Assembly: GCA_964574595.1 (NCBI GenBank)
Contig: CAZNOF010000004.1
Coordinates: forward strand, 17,337-81,336
Source: an uncultured Pseudomonadales bacterium
GTDB lineage: Bacteria; Patescibacteriota; Microgenomatia; UBA1400; PJMF01
Reading direction: 5' to 3'
Length of the DNA: 64,000 nucleotides
This document shows, in pieces, positions 63,652 to 64,000 of this stretch; the stretch's first letter is position 1; every line of letters starts with the position of its first letter. Position numbers and translations under genes: made by a program. The notes under the pieces are model-generated. The model did no database searches. It was not told the DNA's origin and saw only the letters and a program-made list of their open reading frames with translations.

Positions 63652-64000
63652 CTGCCTGGTCGTCGCCATCGAGGTGGAACATAAAAAGAAAGAAGACACT
63701 AATCAAGAGTCCAGTTTGTTGTGTCAAAAGATAATGATCTAATGCCAAGATTGGTAACAGAATACTAATTGGAAGTAAAAATGAGCTCTTATGTGGCCAA
63801 GATTTTAGGGTTCTTTGCTTAAATACGTAGTACGTCATGCCAATCAATAAAACCCCAATTAGACCGGTTTCAGCGACCCAGAGTATGGCTACGTTATGGA
63901 CTGGCTGGATAAAACGGACGGCTTCCCGAGTTTGCTCATACGTGTCCACCTTGGTAGTGAAGTTATTCAATCCTACTCCCACAATTGGGTGATCAATTAT
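63641..64000 (-). CDS. O-antigen ligase / Wzy_C-family membrane protein, C-terminal part (N-terminus lies beyond the window)
   Basis: GVGLNNF....PVHNVAILWVAETGLIGVLL matches the Wzy_C consensus. The ORF is open to the window edge. Confidence 0.45.
   Translation of the reverse strand: MIDHPIVGVGLNNFTTKVDTYEQTREAVRFIQPVHNVAILWVAETGLIGVLLIGMTYYVFKQRTLKSWPHKSSFLLPISILLPILALDHYLLTQQTGLLISVFFLFMFHLDGDDQAVTD

Noticed and set aside
1-64000. Alternative genetic code (UGA or UAG reassignment)
   Set aside because: Long uninterrupted ORFs for conserved proteins end on TAA, TAG and TGA alike. The single internal TAG (DAHP synthase) is isolated.

Overview
This window is a gene-dense bacterial chromosomal segment with standard genetic code; TAA, TAG and TGA all act as stops. 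GC is about 42-45%, with several AT-rich islands. It mixes housekeeping genes with a large accessory, surface-related gene load.

Housekeeping genes I can support:
- xerC/D-family recombinase and tRNA-Ala(GGC)
- P-type ATPase and an OmpR-type two-component pair
- holB-gyrB-ppa-gyrA
- cmk
- rpsP plus a KH-domain protein
- rnc, an ACP-like gene, nusB, rpmF (53 aa, missed by the ORF track) and recG
- tyrS-tyrA and a DAHP synthase interrupted by an in-frame TAG
- a class A PBP

Accessory content:
- A complete type IV pilus system split over three loci. Locus one is pilB-pilT-pilC-pilD, a PKD-domain protein, three tandem pilins, a minor pilin and a 1295-aa MshQ-like adhesin with three LamG and two DUF2341 repeats.
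- Locus two is a convergent minus-strand operon: a pseudopilin, a 227-aa protein, a 971-aa Cys-rich surface protein and a 750-aa membrane protein.
- Locus three is a pilX-like gene followed by pilM, pilN and pilO, with no secretin in the window.
- A three-gene minus-strand cluster of large cytoplasmic proteins (994, 513 and 642 aa) with no recognisable domains. Two of them share a roughly 45-nt start-region segment.
- A convergent module: three paralogous small membrane proteins facing a 639-aa secreted protein with two SH3b domains and an unknown C-terminal domain, plus a decayed copy fragment between the small genes.
- A small AT-flanked trio: a SAM methyltransferase, an N-deoxyribosyltransferase-like/RHH fusion and a Nudix hydrolase.
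- An AT-rich islet with iteron-like TGATACA repeats.

N-terminal acidic or Pro/Thr-rich extensions on gyrA and pilB, a C-terminal Ala/Lys-rich tail on S16, generally weak Shine-Dalgarno usage and a pilMNO set without a secretin suggest a reduced-genome, possibly monoderm lineage such as a Patescibacteria/CPR-like organism. That cannot be confirmed from sequence alone.

The best candidates for an undescribed system are the large-protein cluster with its shared start region, and the SH3b-protein/small-membrane-protein module.
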